The position numbers were made by a program, and so were the translations under genes. 64,000 nt of DNA from Callorhinchus milii (lineage: Eukaryota). The notes under the pieces were generated by a model. That model saw only the letters and a list, made by a program, of their open reading frames with translations, was not told the origin of the DNA and searched no databases. Position 1 is the stretch's first letter; each line of letters starts with the position of its first letter. The DNA lies in the NCBI RefSeq assembly GCF_018977255.1, contig NW_024704742.1:137146001-137210000 (forward strand). The letters run 5' to 3'. Shown one piece after another: positions 1 to 13,162 of this stretch.

Positions 1-811
1 ATACATATCCTCATACCCATGTAGTCACACACATATCCTCACACCCATGTACTCACACATACACACATACATACACTCATACACGGATATACTCTCACAC
101 AAAGGCTCACACACATATAATCACATTCACATACACACTCACATACTTGAACACACATACACTCACACACAAACACTCACACTTATTCACATATACTCTC
201 TCACACACACGTGCTTATATACGTACATACACACTCACACACATATACTCATATACTTACACACAGACACACTCACACTAATCCTCTGGATGTCTAAACA
301 CAGTTAAACACTTGTGCTGAATACAATGACGTAACTTCTATGTACAATTATCATTATCTTCCACATTTCAGTTGTTGGTCGGGGCAGTGTGGAAAACAAA
401 CATGGGGTAACAGGACTTTGTGAACACCCTGTACATCCTGTTTCAGCCATCACTCCCACCCAGCCTTCCGCATCCTAACACCTCTGTGTATAACAATTCC
501 TGCTAATCTCCCTTTGCTCCTTTGCTAATTATCTTAAACCGATGCCCTCCAGTCACTGACTCGTCACTGACTCACCGACCAGTGCAAATCATTCTCCCCA
601 TCGACTCCATCATAATCCCTCATCACTTAAAGCCCTCGATCAGGTCTCGCACCCCCCTCCCCCTGCGCCCTCCGCCCCCCCCACCAGTGACAATAAACCC
701 AGTCTGACCTTGCACAGCCCGCAGCGCTGGCCATTTTGGTAGTGAGCTTCACTATCAATGTGATTTGATAATAATAATAATAATCCTTACATAATCCTGC
801 CTCTCTGCCCT

Positions 812-905
812 CCCTCACCCCAACCCTGCTCCCCCTCACCCCAACCCTGCTCCCCCTCACCCCAACCCTGCTCCCCCTCACCCCAACCCTGCTCCCCCTC
901 ACCCC
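812..905. repeat. 21-bp minisatellite (ctcaccccaaccctgctcccc) x~4.5
   Basis: Direct inspection; adjacent to an L2 3' tail. Confidence 0.9.
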
Positions 906-1009
906 ATCCCTTCTCCCCCTCACGCTCGGGTCCTGATCCCCGACTGTCCAGCGCCTTGGGACATCCTCCCGACGTGAAAGGCGCTTTATCAATGTAATTT
1001 TGTTGTTGT

Positions 1010-1318
1010 GTCAAATTGCTTCACAGTATACACTGTAAAGTGAATTGACTGTATATTTTTGTGGCTGAAACGCACGGAGCGTCCCGCAAAGAGTCGTAGA
1101 GTGAGTGACCAAATATTTATTTATTATTTATTTTTGAAGGGATTATTACCCCCGGAAAAGCGATCCGCCCATCGACTAACAACTGATCACTTACTGCAAG
1201 GTAAACAGAGGCTTGTGCAGTAAGGAAACTTGCCTAATGTTTCGCGCCGCCCAGGAATCGAACCCAGATCCTCTCGCTTGTGAGATGAGTGTTCTAAACA
1301 CTGAGCTACAGGACTCCG
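1010..1318 (-). mobile_element. tRNA-derived SINE with Deu-like body
   Basis: A box (tagctcagtg) and B box (gggttcgattcc) head, followed by the body shared by dozens of copies in the window. Confidence 0.8.
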
Positions 1319-1570
1319 CAGGATGTGCTGTAAAGTAAATTAACTCTATTCTGATCAGCCCTCAGTCTCTTCCCACGAAATCTCCTCACACCCTCTCTGT
1401 GTGGTTCTCGAGTCCTTCTCTAAAGAAAGGAAACAAAATCTGGACACTAGACTCTCACTGATGACTTATACAGTTTAAGCAACATCTGGTTATGTCCTGG
1501 GCTCCTCTTTATAATACCTAGGATCCCATTGGCTTTCTTCACAACTTGACTTACCTATGAAGGTTATGTA

Positions 1571-1930
1571 GAGTCCCGTAGTGTAGTAGATAACGCCCTC
1601 TCCTCGCAAGTGAGAGGACCCAGGTTTGACTTCCGGGCGGGACAAGCCCTTAGGCATCTTTACTTACTCCACATACCTGTTTATCTACCTGGTGGGACCT
1701 TGATAGTTATTCAATTGGCGGATCGCTTTCCAGGGATATTAATCTCTCCAACAAAAATAAACATTTGGTCATTCAATCCATGACTGTTTGTGGGACACAA
1801 ACAGAGTTTGTGTGCAATTGGCCCCCGTGTTTCACCCACAAAATACACAGTCACTACACTTTACAGCATATCCGTCTCGATGTGTGATAAGGCACTGTAT
1901 CAAAATGCAATGTAATAATTATTATTATTA
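1571..1930 (+). mobile_element. tRNA-derived Deu-domain SINE
   Basis: tRNA-like head, ctgtttgtggga..gtgcaattgg body and (att)n tail. Confidence 0.8.
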
Positions 1931-2256
1931 TTCGGATAATATCTGACTTATGCTCTGGCTTCACTTTCTCGATGCCGATTAAAATCGACTTCCGTGAGGT
2001 TCCCTGGAGACTGTGTCACCACAGATGTGAAGCGTTGGGGACGAGATGAAGGCTGGAAGCAGATCAGGGTCTAAGTTACCTGACTTCAGTGGCTTTGCTG
2101 TTCACTTTCACTGCCCACTGAGTCTGTGTGATTAAAGGCTCTGTGACCACTCATCAAGCTCAGCTCCTGCCCTCTGCAGGAATATTTCTTCCTCACATTG
2201 CGACACAGAGAAGACCAGCATTTTGCTAAAGCTCCCACTTACCAGCCTGGCTTAGT

Positions 2257-2750
2257 GGAGTGCTGTAGTGCAGTGGTTAGAGCACTCGCCTCGCAAGCGA
2301 GAGAACCTGGGTTCGATTCCTGGGCAGTGCGAGATGTTCGTCAAATTTCCTGACACACACGCCTCTGTATCTAACAGTAAGTGGGAACCCGGTTGTTAGT
2401 CGATTGGAGGATCGCTTTTCCAGGGGTAATAATCCTTATATAAAAAAAAGTCATCACTCAATCCGTGACTGTTTGTAGGACACTGCTGTGCGCAACTGGC
2501 TGCTGTGTTTCATAGTCAATTACACAGTCAATACACAGTCAAAATAACACAGTGAATCCAATAAATAAATAATAATAATTTGGTCACTCAATCTACGACT
2601 GTTTGTGGGACGTTGCTGCGTGCAATTGGCTGCTGCATTTCACCCACAAAATATACCGTCACCACACTTTACCGTATACTCTGCGAAGCACTTTGAGACG
2701 TCTCAATGACGTAATGAGGCGATTTAGCAAATGCAAGGATTATTATAATT
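2257..2750 (+). mobile_element. tRNA-derived Deu-domain SINE with internal duplication
   Basis: gtagtgcagtggttagagcactcgcc..gggttcgattcc head and two body copies. Confidence 0.8.
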
Positions 2751-3089
2751 ATAGAGCTCGCTCTCACCTCTGGGTCAGGAAGTTGGGGGTTCAAGCCTCC
2801 ATGTCAGAGACTTTGAGCTCACATGGTTTAGGCTGTTGCCCCAGCAGGCACACGTGTACTGGGACATACATGCACAGGGAATCACATGTACAAGGAAACA
2901 CGTGAATGAAAAGTGCTGTGTAACATTGGGTTAGACTCAGGCTCCGTGCTTTATATTGGCTCCACACTGATTGACGTATTGTAGATAGTTTTGTTAATTA
3001 TTAAACAGAATGGTCAGTAATGCACTGACCCCCCTAGTGAACTGTACCAGACATAGAGAGTGTGTGTGTGTGTGTAACAACACCAACAA

Positions 3090-3620
3090 CTTGCACTTAT
3101 ATAGCACCCTCCATGCAGGATAGCGTCTCAGAGAGCTGACTCCGAGCCGGGGGGAGGTGCTGGACTCGAAAAGTGAGAAAGGGGGCCAAGGTGGAGGGAT
3201 TGAGGGGAGAGTGTTCCAGAAGTTTGGGGCATAGAGACTGAATGCGTGACCTCCGATGGTGGGGCGGAGGTTTCGAAGGACGAACAGGAGCCGGCGCCAG
3301 TCGAGCAGAGGTGCCGGGTGGTGGATTGGGGAGTGAGGAGGTTGGAGAGGGAGGGAGGGAGGTACCAGGGAGTGAAGGGATTTGAACACCAGAGTGAGGA
3401 TCTTGAAGTCGATCTGTTCGGTGATGGGGAGCCAGTGGAGTCTGGGCCAGAGCTGGTGAGATGTGGGGACGGAGTTTGGTTGGGGTCAGTATGGGGGTGG
3501 CAGAGCTGGATCTTGTGATTAATGGAGCTGGGGAGACCAGAGAGGAGTGAGTTGGAGTAATCCAGGCAAGAGCTGACAAACTCATGCACAAGGGTAACAC
3601 TGCCTCACTCTCTGACATAG
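3090..3620 (-). mobile_element. L2 LINE 3' fragment
   Basis: SCLDYSNSLL and TIGGHAFSLYAPNFWNTLP motifs, with a ttg-repeat tail. Confidence 0.85.
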
Positions 3621-4161
3621 AGAGTGTAATAGTGGCTCACAGCTCCCTGGTTCTATTCACTCTCCCGGCGTCTCACTCTCTCTCTTTCTCTCGCTCTGTT
3701 CTCACTCTCTGCCTCTCTCTCTCTCTCTCTTTCCATTTATTCTGCCTCCCCGACACTCACTCTTTCTTTCTGTTCATTCTCCCTTTCTGCCTCTCATTCT
3801 ACTCTCGCTCTATTCTCACTATCTACCTCTCACTCTCTCTTTCCATTCTTACACTCTGACTCTCACTCTTTATTTTCTTAGGGAAGTTTCCTTCCTCCAC
3901 GCGTCTCTGTTCACCGAGCAGACGGTAGGAGAAAGGTCGTTAGTCGATTGGGGAATCGCTTCCGGATCAAAAATTTGGTCGTTCAACCCACGACCATTTG
4001 TGGGACGCCGGTGGGCGCAATTGGCTGCCGCGTTTCGCCCACAAAACACAGAGTCACTCCCCTTCACAACATATCCCGTGAAGCGCTTTGAGACGTCTCA
4101 ACGATGTGATAAGGCGCCGCATCAAGTGTATGGATTAATATTGTATCCACACAAAAGAGAG

Positions 4162-4197
<36 letters not shown>

Positions 4198-5319
4198 AGA
4201 GAGAGCGCGGCTGAGCTCGAGCTGATATAATCACACTGAAGCGTTTTGATGATCACTTGGACATGTTATGAACGTTAAGATGCGATAAAAAGCAACGAGT
4301 CCCCCACTCGCAGCCCCAGGGAGTGCCGGTGAACCTCACCACCCGTGGCTAAATTAAAACCTAATGGAGACGTGGTTAATTGCATTACTTGGTGCCGGGG
4401 AATGAAATCACATTAAGGGAAGCGTTAAGCGGGAGTTAGGGTGTGGAGCTCGGGTCCTGGGGATTTGAGCAATGACTGCCCTGTACTGAAATCACACCCC
4501 CAGCCCCCATCCCAGGACAATCTCATACAGAGGAGCCGCTCACAGGAAATAAAACCCATCCCGCTCTCAGTCCAACACTCCACAAGCCATCGGCATTTTT
4601 AGTCGCTGCTTAACCCCTCACGCTCCGGTTTCAGAGCCTTGGGACGTCCTCCCGACGTGAAAGGGCGCTTTGCAAATGTAATTTGTTCTTGCCTGTTGTT
4701 AATCGGTGCTGTAAAGTCAGTAATAGTAATAATAATAATCCTCGTGTTTGATACAGCGCCTTATCACGACGTTGAGACGCCTCAAAGCGCTTCACAGGGG
4801 GAAAGTGGAGTGAGTGGAGTGTGTATTTTGTGGGCGAAATTGTGCACAACCGTCTCACAAACAGTAGTGGATTGAGTGACCAATTTTCTTTTAAGAGATT
4901 ATTACCTCTGGAAAGCAATCCGCCAATTGACTAACATCCGGGTTCCTACTTACTGCCAGGGAAACAACAATAACTTGCATTCATATAGTACCCGCCACAC
5001 TGGGCAACATCTCGGAGAACTGACCAGTGACGAAGCCTATCGCAGGTGGGTAAGCACAGGAGGTGACCGTAACCACCGTTGAAGAGGAAGGTCTTGAGTC
5101 TTGATCTAAAAGAGGGGAAGGCGGAGGCAGGGGAGGGATTGAGGGAGGGAGTTCTGGATCAGTTGTAGTTTGTGGGTGGAGCTGGGGAGACCACGAGGAG
5201 GGCATTGGAATAGTCTAGGCGGGTGGTGAGGGTTTCAGCTGCCTTGGATAGCGAGACTTGGACACCAAGTAAAGGAGAAAAGGGGAGCGAATCGTATGGT
5301 GGAATCCATGCCTTCATCA

Positions 5320-5755
5320 CCTCTTGCCTCTGTCTCAGAAGGTTGTGGGTTCAAGCCCCACGTCGGGACAGTCACATAGTCTAAGCTGACACTCCAATGT
5401 AGTGCTGGAGGGGGGTGTTGCATTGTCAGAGGTGCCATCCTTCGGATGACACGTTAAACTGGGGTCAAGTATATCCATTCAGATGTATGTCAAAGATTCC
5501 CAAAGTGTTCAAAAAGAGAAGGGAATTTCTCTCTCCTTTGTCCTGGCCAACAATCCCCCAAATAAAATTGGTCGCTCACCCCATGACTGTTTGTGCGACA
5601 TTGCTGTGTCCAATTGGCAGCCGCGTTTCACCCACAAATACACAGTCACTTCATTTCACAGTAAAACCTTGTGAAGCGCTTTGAGGCGTCCTTCCGACGT
5701 GATAAGACGCTATAGCAAATGTAAGGATTATTATTATTATTAATAATAATTATTA
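5320..5755 (+). mobile_element. SacSINE1/AmnSINE-like DeuSINE
   Basis: gcctctg..agaaggttgtgggttcaag head, ttcggatgac.cgttaaac Deu segment and L2-like tail. Confidence 0.75.
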
Positions 5756-7852
5756 TGATGAGAAGTCTGGTCGGTGAGATGCTGCAGTTCATTCTATAGA
5801 CAGTGCACACCACAACAGGTCTAATGTTCCTCGCATCAGTTAAAAGCATTCGATCCCTCCGCACCCCACTCGGCGTCAAGCTCTCTCTTTTACTTACATT
5901 ATTTCCTTCTGGCCAGTAATCACTTGCTCAGCCCTGCTTAGCGGCTTGGCTCAGTGAGCAGCGAGCTCCCCAGTCTCTCCGTCTGCAAACAGACTACATG
6001 GGGTTCCCTCTCAGACCTTCCCCTTTAAATTCCCTGCATCCCACCTCCACATGAAATCCCAGAGAGAGATTGTTGGAATGGAATGCGCTCTCTCACTCTC
6101 TCCCTGGAGGGACACAACCTGCTTACCTCATTCCGGTAAGTATTAGGTGCAGGTTGGCAAGAGCCAAGGCTTGGGGACCCCAGAGTGTGGGTTGGGGTAA
6201 CTGCTGGAGTCTGACCAGTTAAAACCACATAGCTTGTCATTGATATCACTGTTGGCAAGCTTTCTCGCTGCTTGTCCAGCTAGGACCACCCTACCCATTA
6301 GGGCTTTGGCTTGCAAGGTTACCAGGACCGAGTGGGATGACTTCCCGCCCGCAATGACTGGTCTGCCCATCGAGGTCCTGTTGATGAGCCAGGCTGGGCT
6401 GTCCTGTGCCCTGGAATACTATGGACCTACTATGGCTCAGGAACCGGACTAGAGACTTTCACAGAAGGCTGGCTCGATTCCCCCATTTCGTTGCCAGGCC
6501 TGTCACCGTGAGGCCAGTTCAGCTCTGAAGAGACCCCAAAGGAGGATAACCTTTAACCCTGAGCTGCCCTCTCTTAAAGAGCCAGTGAGGTAACCTCGCT
6601 CCATTTCCTCGCTTCCCAGTTGAAAGGTTCCCCAACTTGGGGGTTTGAACCCTCTGCTCACACAGAGGCGAGAATGCGAGTGACTGAGCCAGGCTGGCAA
6701 TTGTAACCCAAACATATTAGAGAAATCATGGCTATTAGTAGCACAAAAGTGTACCCAATTTGACTGCTGATTCACCTACAAACACACAGTAATTACCGTA
6801 AAGCACTTTGTAGTCCTTTCAACACGGTGTTGTGTTAATTTAGCTGGTTATTTCAACACGTCCCAGCTCAGCCTGGCTCAGTCTTGACGAGACTTTGCTC
6901 TCACAGTCTAAGCTGACTCTCCGATACAGTATTGTGAGGATCACTGCATTGTTGGAGGAGGCGCTATCCTTCTGGTTAGACACTAAACCGAGGTTCCCGT
7001 CTGTTTCAAATGGACGTTAAAGATCCCATGGCACTGTTCAAAAAACAGAAGGGAGTTTGTCTGTGTCCCGGTGTCCTGGCCAACAATTCCCCCCCAGTTA
7101 CACATCGCTCCTTCACTCCATTACTGTTTGCGGCTCGTTGCTGTGTGCAAATCGGTCGCCTACAAAACACACAGTCACTACACGGTATTATGGTAAATGC
7201 GGTGAAGCCCTTTGAGAAATCCTCCTGATGTGAAGGTGCTGTTATCAAATGGTTACGATAATAATCCTTGCATTTGATACAGGTTGTTAAATGTGTCTTA
7301 AAGCGCTTCGCAGCATATACAATAATGTGGATTGAGTGTGTATTTTGTGGGGGAAATGAGGCAGCCAATTGCGCGCAGCAGTGTCCCACAAACAATTGCG
7401 GATTGAGTGCACAAATGTTTCTTTTTTCAGGGATTATTACCCCCAGAAAGCGATCCGACAATCGACCAACAACCAGATTCCTAGGTAAATAGAGGTACGC
7501 GGGGTAAGGAAACTTGCCTAAGGTTTTTCTCCGCCCGGGAATCAAACTTCTTGCCTGCGAGCCGATCGAGCCAATCACTACACTACGGGACTATATATGT
7601 AAGGAAATTGATAGATAAGTCAATGTTTGACACACTGCAAAGCATGGGGTAACAAGGTATAAAATACCCAGGGAGTGACACAGATAAAATCCTATATTGT
7701 CCCGGAGACTATTGTGTCGGGAGTACAAACTGGGTCACAGTGATATATAAACCCCTAAGTGGTGCTAGTAATCTCCATTAAACCCCTTTAAAGATGAGAC
7801 GTAATGCTTAATACATAAGTCAGAGATCAGTTAATGCCCGTTCCCTCGCTTG

Positions 7853-7884
<32 letters not shown>

Positions 7885-10659
7885 GTCTGATAAACTCTGT
7901 AACCCTATCAGGAAGAATATGCACTTGGCTATTAAATGCGACCGCTGCAAATTGAAATTGCATTACTGCTCCGCACTTAGGGCTGTCTCCACGCTTGCCG
8001 GAGTTCCAGCTGCCTTCTCCGAGATTCCTCATCTGTGTTTTTGAGGTTTTCCCGAGTTCTTCCGGACAGCGTTCCGAAAATAAACTTCTTCGGTGGTCAG
8101 AGTCTGGCTCAGGACAATCTGGGGCAGCCCATCAGCCATTGAATCCTCCATCTCCCCCACCGCCTTGCCCCCCTCCTTCCCCATCTTCAAATGGCACCTG
8201 AAAACCCTTCCCGTTCACCCCTTCCCCCCTGCCCCCCCCCCGCAGGCTGGGTTTTGTGCTCTGCCACTGTCAAGCGCCCTGGGACCCCACCCTGCGTGAG
8301 GGCCGCTATGACAACAGCAAGTCGTTGTATCAGGAAGTCGTGGGGGACTTAGGAATCGGCCATTCAGCCCCTCTAGCCTGTTCCGCCATTCTAGATCTCA
8401 GTTTGAGCTCACCAGAGCGGAGAATTCTGAGCTCACAGTCCAGGCTGATGCTCCACAACTCACAACTCATCCCCCATCACAGCATCAAGTTGGTTTCTAA
8501 ATGAGTCCCAGTGTCCCGGCCTTAACCACCTGTTCCAGTTATTAATGACCTAACTTGTTAATTATTCCTGCTATCAGTTCTTTGCGACTCTAACCCTGGA
8601 TCCCTTTGTTCAAAGTTGCATCCAAACCTATTGACCTGGGGGTTACTTTTTCAATCCCATTTGCAAGGTTCACGCACCTCAATGAGGTTTCCTCCGAGTC
8701 GTGTTCTCTCAAGACTGAAGAGCCTGAGCTTGTCTGATCCGTGCTCACAGCTTGTTCCTCTCGGGGATCAGCCTTGTTGCTCTGCACGATCTTTAAGGCC
8801 TGGATATTTGCGGGATTCAAGGTGCAATAGTGCAGTATGAGAGGCGACATGATTGCTGTCTCTAAGATTCTAAAGGGGGCAAGGCAATATAGATCATGAC
8901 GGGCTGTTTCAACTTGTCCAGAATAGAGAACCAAATGCGTTACTGCTCCGCACTTCTTATGTTAACGTGCACTGTACCTTGAATACTGCAAATATTCAAG
9001 AGCACTGTACCTGAGTGTGAGCTTCTGGGATCTAAACTCAACTGGTTTAGCAATACAACAGCAGCCTGTTTGCCTTGTCTATTTTCCATTGGCAAATTTG
9101 ATCCCATCCATAGGAAAAAGTTCCAATCACCAACTGGGAGTCGAGCCGAGGCTAGAGGTAACATGGTTTAATAAGGAAAATAGTCCCCACACCAGCAACT
9201 ATCTATGTTTGTATAATATTTGATACAGCGCCTTATCACGTCGTTGAGACGTCTCAAAGCGCTTCACAGAATATGTGAATACTGTAAAGTGTATATTTTG
9301 AGGGGGAAACGCGGCAGCCAATTGCGCACAGCAGCGTCCCACAAACAGTCGTGGATTGAGTGACCAAATTATTATATTTATTTTGAAGGGATTATTATTC
9401 CTGGAAAGAAAGCCACCAATCGACTAACAAACTGGTTCCTACTTACCGCTGTGTAAAGAGAGGAATGCGGAATAAGGAAATTTGCCTAAGCTTTGGCTCA
9501 GTTCGGGAATCACACGCAGGTTGCGAGTCGAGTGCTCCAACCACCACCCTATCGAACTCCACAAGTTATATGATACAACACACCGTGTGCTACTGGGTTC
9601 ATATATAACCATCTCTAACATGATCTAAGGCTCCTCTGTGTGATATAAATCAGTACATCTCTTCGGAAGATCTTAACCAAGTTTATGTTTAATTCACGGA
9701 TGAAGACAAAATGCATGGGGATGCCAAATATTGGCATTTCTTAACAGTAAACCGTGACCTTAAAAGCGAGGCGATTTGATGGGAGTGCATCTGTCTGCCA
9801 GCCATTAATCACACAGCTAAAGAGAGTTTATTAATATCTTATCAGTGGCCATTGGGTAAGTAATGCTGTCAGCTCCCCTCCTCACAGCCTATGTGCAAAG
9901 AGTGGTGATTAAGCAACAGATTAAAGACAGTCATGAATATTTTAGGAGGTGTTTTTGAAACATTTCCTGTTGTTTTAGCCTAATAGCCCCATTAAACACT
10001 GGGGGTGGGGGCAGGAGTTACACGGTGCACTTAGCTTCAACTGCTTAACCCAAGGGACCAGTGAGCACGTGACCATCCCAGCTTCTTTCTCTTTCCTCCT
10101 CACTCCATCCTTCTCTCCCCTCCTTCCCTCAGTCCCTCCCTCCCCCTTCCCTCTCCTCTCTCTCCCTGCCTCCTTCCCTCCTTCAATTCCCTTTTGGTGC
10201 GATTTGCTCGAAGATCTGTCCCACACACAAGTAATGCATTGCGTTCTTTACGAGGTGGCTTGGCTATGATAATAATAATAATAAACTTGGTAATAAACTT
10301 GATAATAAACTTGGCTTCTGATCCTGTGAAGTCCAAACAGCTCACAGGCCCTCACTGGGAATGACTGCCCAGTGTAGTGACTGTATGTTTGTAGGCAAAT
10401 GACTCAGGACCTGTGCTTCTATGTGTGTTTATGTGTGTGTGTGTGTGTGTGTGCATGTGAGTGTGTGACTGTGTGTGTGTCTAATTGTGTATGTGCATGT
10501 GTGTGACTACATGTGTGTGGGTGTGTGTGGGTGTGGTAGTGTGTGTGTGTGCTTGTGTTTTGAAGACAGGGAGGGAAGGGGTGAGGTGGAGGGACTCCAG
10601 GATGGATGCAGTTCCAGAAAGCGGGTGGCAGGGGCATATTAGTTGTAAGCTCTGTGAGC

Positions 10660-10940
10660 CAAACACCCCCACCCTCGCCCAGCTTCACTGGCTCCCATAC
10701 ATACAGAGGATAGAGTTCAAAATCCTCGCCCTCACTTTCAAAGCCCTACATTGTCTCCCAACCTCTGTGACATATTAAAACCCCACCAACCTGCCTTCTC
10801 CCTCTGCTTGGTAGGCCCTGGTGTGCCCCACATTCCCACGCCATGCCCACTCCACTATCGCCAGCCTTTCTGCCACCACCCCAGAGGGTGGGGTCACACC
10901 TTTCCAAAGCCCCTTCCTTGCCTTGTTCAAAGCCAGGCTC
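10660..10940 (+). mobile_element. L2 LINE fragment
   Basis: LHWLPYIQRIEFKILALTFKALH. Confidence 0.8.
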
Positions 10941-11482
10941 AAGACCCTCCTCTTCATAGACACATAGATATAGAACCAGGAGTAGGCTATTCAGCCCCTC
11001 GAGCCTGTTCTGCCATTCTATAAGATCATGGCTGATCTATACCAGTTATCCGCCCTTGCCCTTAATGCCCTGACCTAACAAATATTTATCTACCTCCATC
11101 TTCGACCACGCCTTCGGTTATCTTCACTCCCCTCCAACTCTCTCTGATCTCAATCCCAGCTCGGGTGCAGAATCCTTGACTGTCCAGTAACTTGGGACAT
11201 CCTACTGACATGAAAGGCGCTGTGTCAATGTAATTTGTTGTTGTTGTTGTTGTTGTTGTTGAAGGTGGAGCTGAGCGGAGCGGGGATGGAGAAGGATCCA
11301 TGATGCTAAAGGCAGCAGAGAGATCAGAAGAAATAAGAGGCAGAGAGAGCCCTGGTCACAGATAGAGAGAGACTGGGGTTGGTGATAATGAGTAGAGTGG
11401 TCTCAGTGATGCGGACAGGACAGAAACCCACTGGATTGAGAGTAAGGAGTGAAACTGGGAGGTGTGACTGGTTGCAGCACCT

Positions 11483-11517
<35 letters not shown>

Positions 11518-11779
11518 GGCAGACAAGAGATGGATCATTGGCTGGGGAGAGTGAAGTAGGGAGAGGAAGGGTTTCTTGAGCGTGGAGTGAAAGGGGGTAA
11601 CTGTGCCGGGGAGAGGGAACGGCTGATGGCAACAGCTATCACTTGGTGGGGGGATGGGGTGTTGGGAACAAGGTCAGTAGCTGGTGGTTTGAGATGAAGG
11701 AGGAGACAGGAAAGGTGGAGATGACACAGACCCTCAGACACACACTTTGGACCCGATCTGGGGGTGGAGGTCAGAAGGC

Positions 11780-12110
11780 GATGAGGACAGAGGAGATGGA
11801 CGGTGGGAGTGTGGCCGAAGGCAGGGTCGAAGAGGAAAGTCTTCAGACAGGACTTGAAGGAGGCAAGAGAGGGGGAGGTGGGGGTGAGGCAGAGGGATTG
11901 CGGGATAGAGTTCCAGAGTGTGGGGACAGAGATGCTGAATACCCAACCACCAATGGTGGGGTGGGAAGTGCGGGGGACCTGAAAAAGGCTGGTTTCCACC
12001 GAGCGGAGGGAGCAGACAGGCTGACATGGGGTTAGGAGGTCAGAGAGATGGGGTGGGGGAACAAGACTGTGGTGGGCCTTGCAGGTAAGAACGAGACTTT
12101 AGTACTTGAT
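11780..12110 (-). mobile_element. L2 LINE 3' fragment
   Basis: TIGGWVFS..PTLWNSIP..SFKSCLKTFLFD. Confidence 0.8.
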
Positions 12111-12699
12111 TTTCTGAGGAATGGGGGAGTGAAGAATGACATAGTCTCCGAGACACTGCCCTGCAAGTTATTGCTGAACTCCAGACCCCAGGTCACTGTC
12201 AACTTCTCCGACAGACACACCACCTTGAATCCATGGCAGCCATTGCCCTGGTGCGATTAATTAATTACTGGCTAATGGACTGAGATCGGACAAGGATCTT
12301 AATTAAAGAGTGTTTGGAATCTTATTAAAGTCCCCTCTCCGCATGTCCCCCTAACACTCCCACACCCCTGACTTCACCACATCATCAGTAATACTGCAAA
12401 ACAAGCTGCCTCCATCTGCTCCTGAACAACAATTACTGCTGCAAGGTGAAGCGATTGATTTACTATAAATAAATAATAAATTGAACAGTTTGTTAGACAG
12501 TCAATTCGCTTCACAGGACATTGCTGTGAAGCGCTTTGAGACGTCACAATGTCGTGATAAAGCGCTCTATCAAATGCAAGGATTATTATTATTATAATAC
12601 GGTACAATGGCACTTAACAACAGAAAGTGAGAATTGAGTCCACCCGCTGTCTTCAGTCCAGTTCCTGAGCTGGTGGGTCCGCAGTATTCCATTGGCACT

Positions 12700-13162
12700 A
12701 ATAATAATAATAATCCTTGCATTTTTATGTAACGTCTTATCACATCGTTGAGACACCTTAAAGCGCTGCACAGAATAAACTGTAAAGTGAATTGACTGTA
12801 TATTTTGTGGGTGAAACCAGCTGATTGCGCACATCAGCGTCCCGCAAACAGTCACGGATTGAGTAATTATTATTATTATTATTTTTTAAAGGATTATAAG
12901 CCCCCACCCCCCTCCCCAGGAAAGCGATCCGCCAATCGACTAACACCCGGGTTCCTATTTCCCCTCCCTTCTCACATTCAAATCCCACTTAAAGGGCTTC
13001 CTTTTCGATTGGGTTTACGGTCAATCATTTGTTGTCATTACTACCAGGTAAACAGAGGCGTGTGGAGTAAGGAAACTTCCCTAAGGCTTCACCCTGCCCG
13101 GGAATCGAACCCGGGTCCTCTCGCTTGCGAGGCGAGAGCTCCAACCGCAACCCTACAGGACT
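12700..13162 (-). mobile_element. tRNA-derived Deu-domain SINE
   Basis: Full head-body-tail on the minus strand. Confidence 0.8.

Noticed and set aside
2257..2335. tRNA-like sequence (also 1245-1318, 13095-13162, 27609-27685)
   Set aside because: Each is followed by the SINE body and has degenerate stems; these are SINE heads, not tRNA genes.
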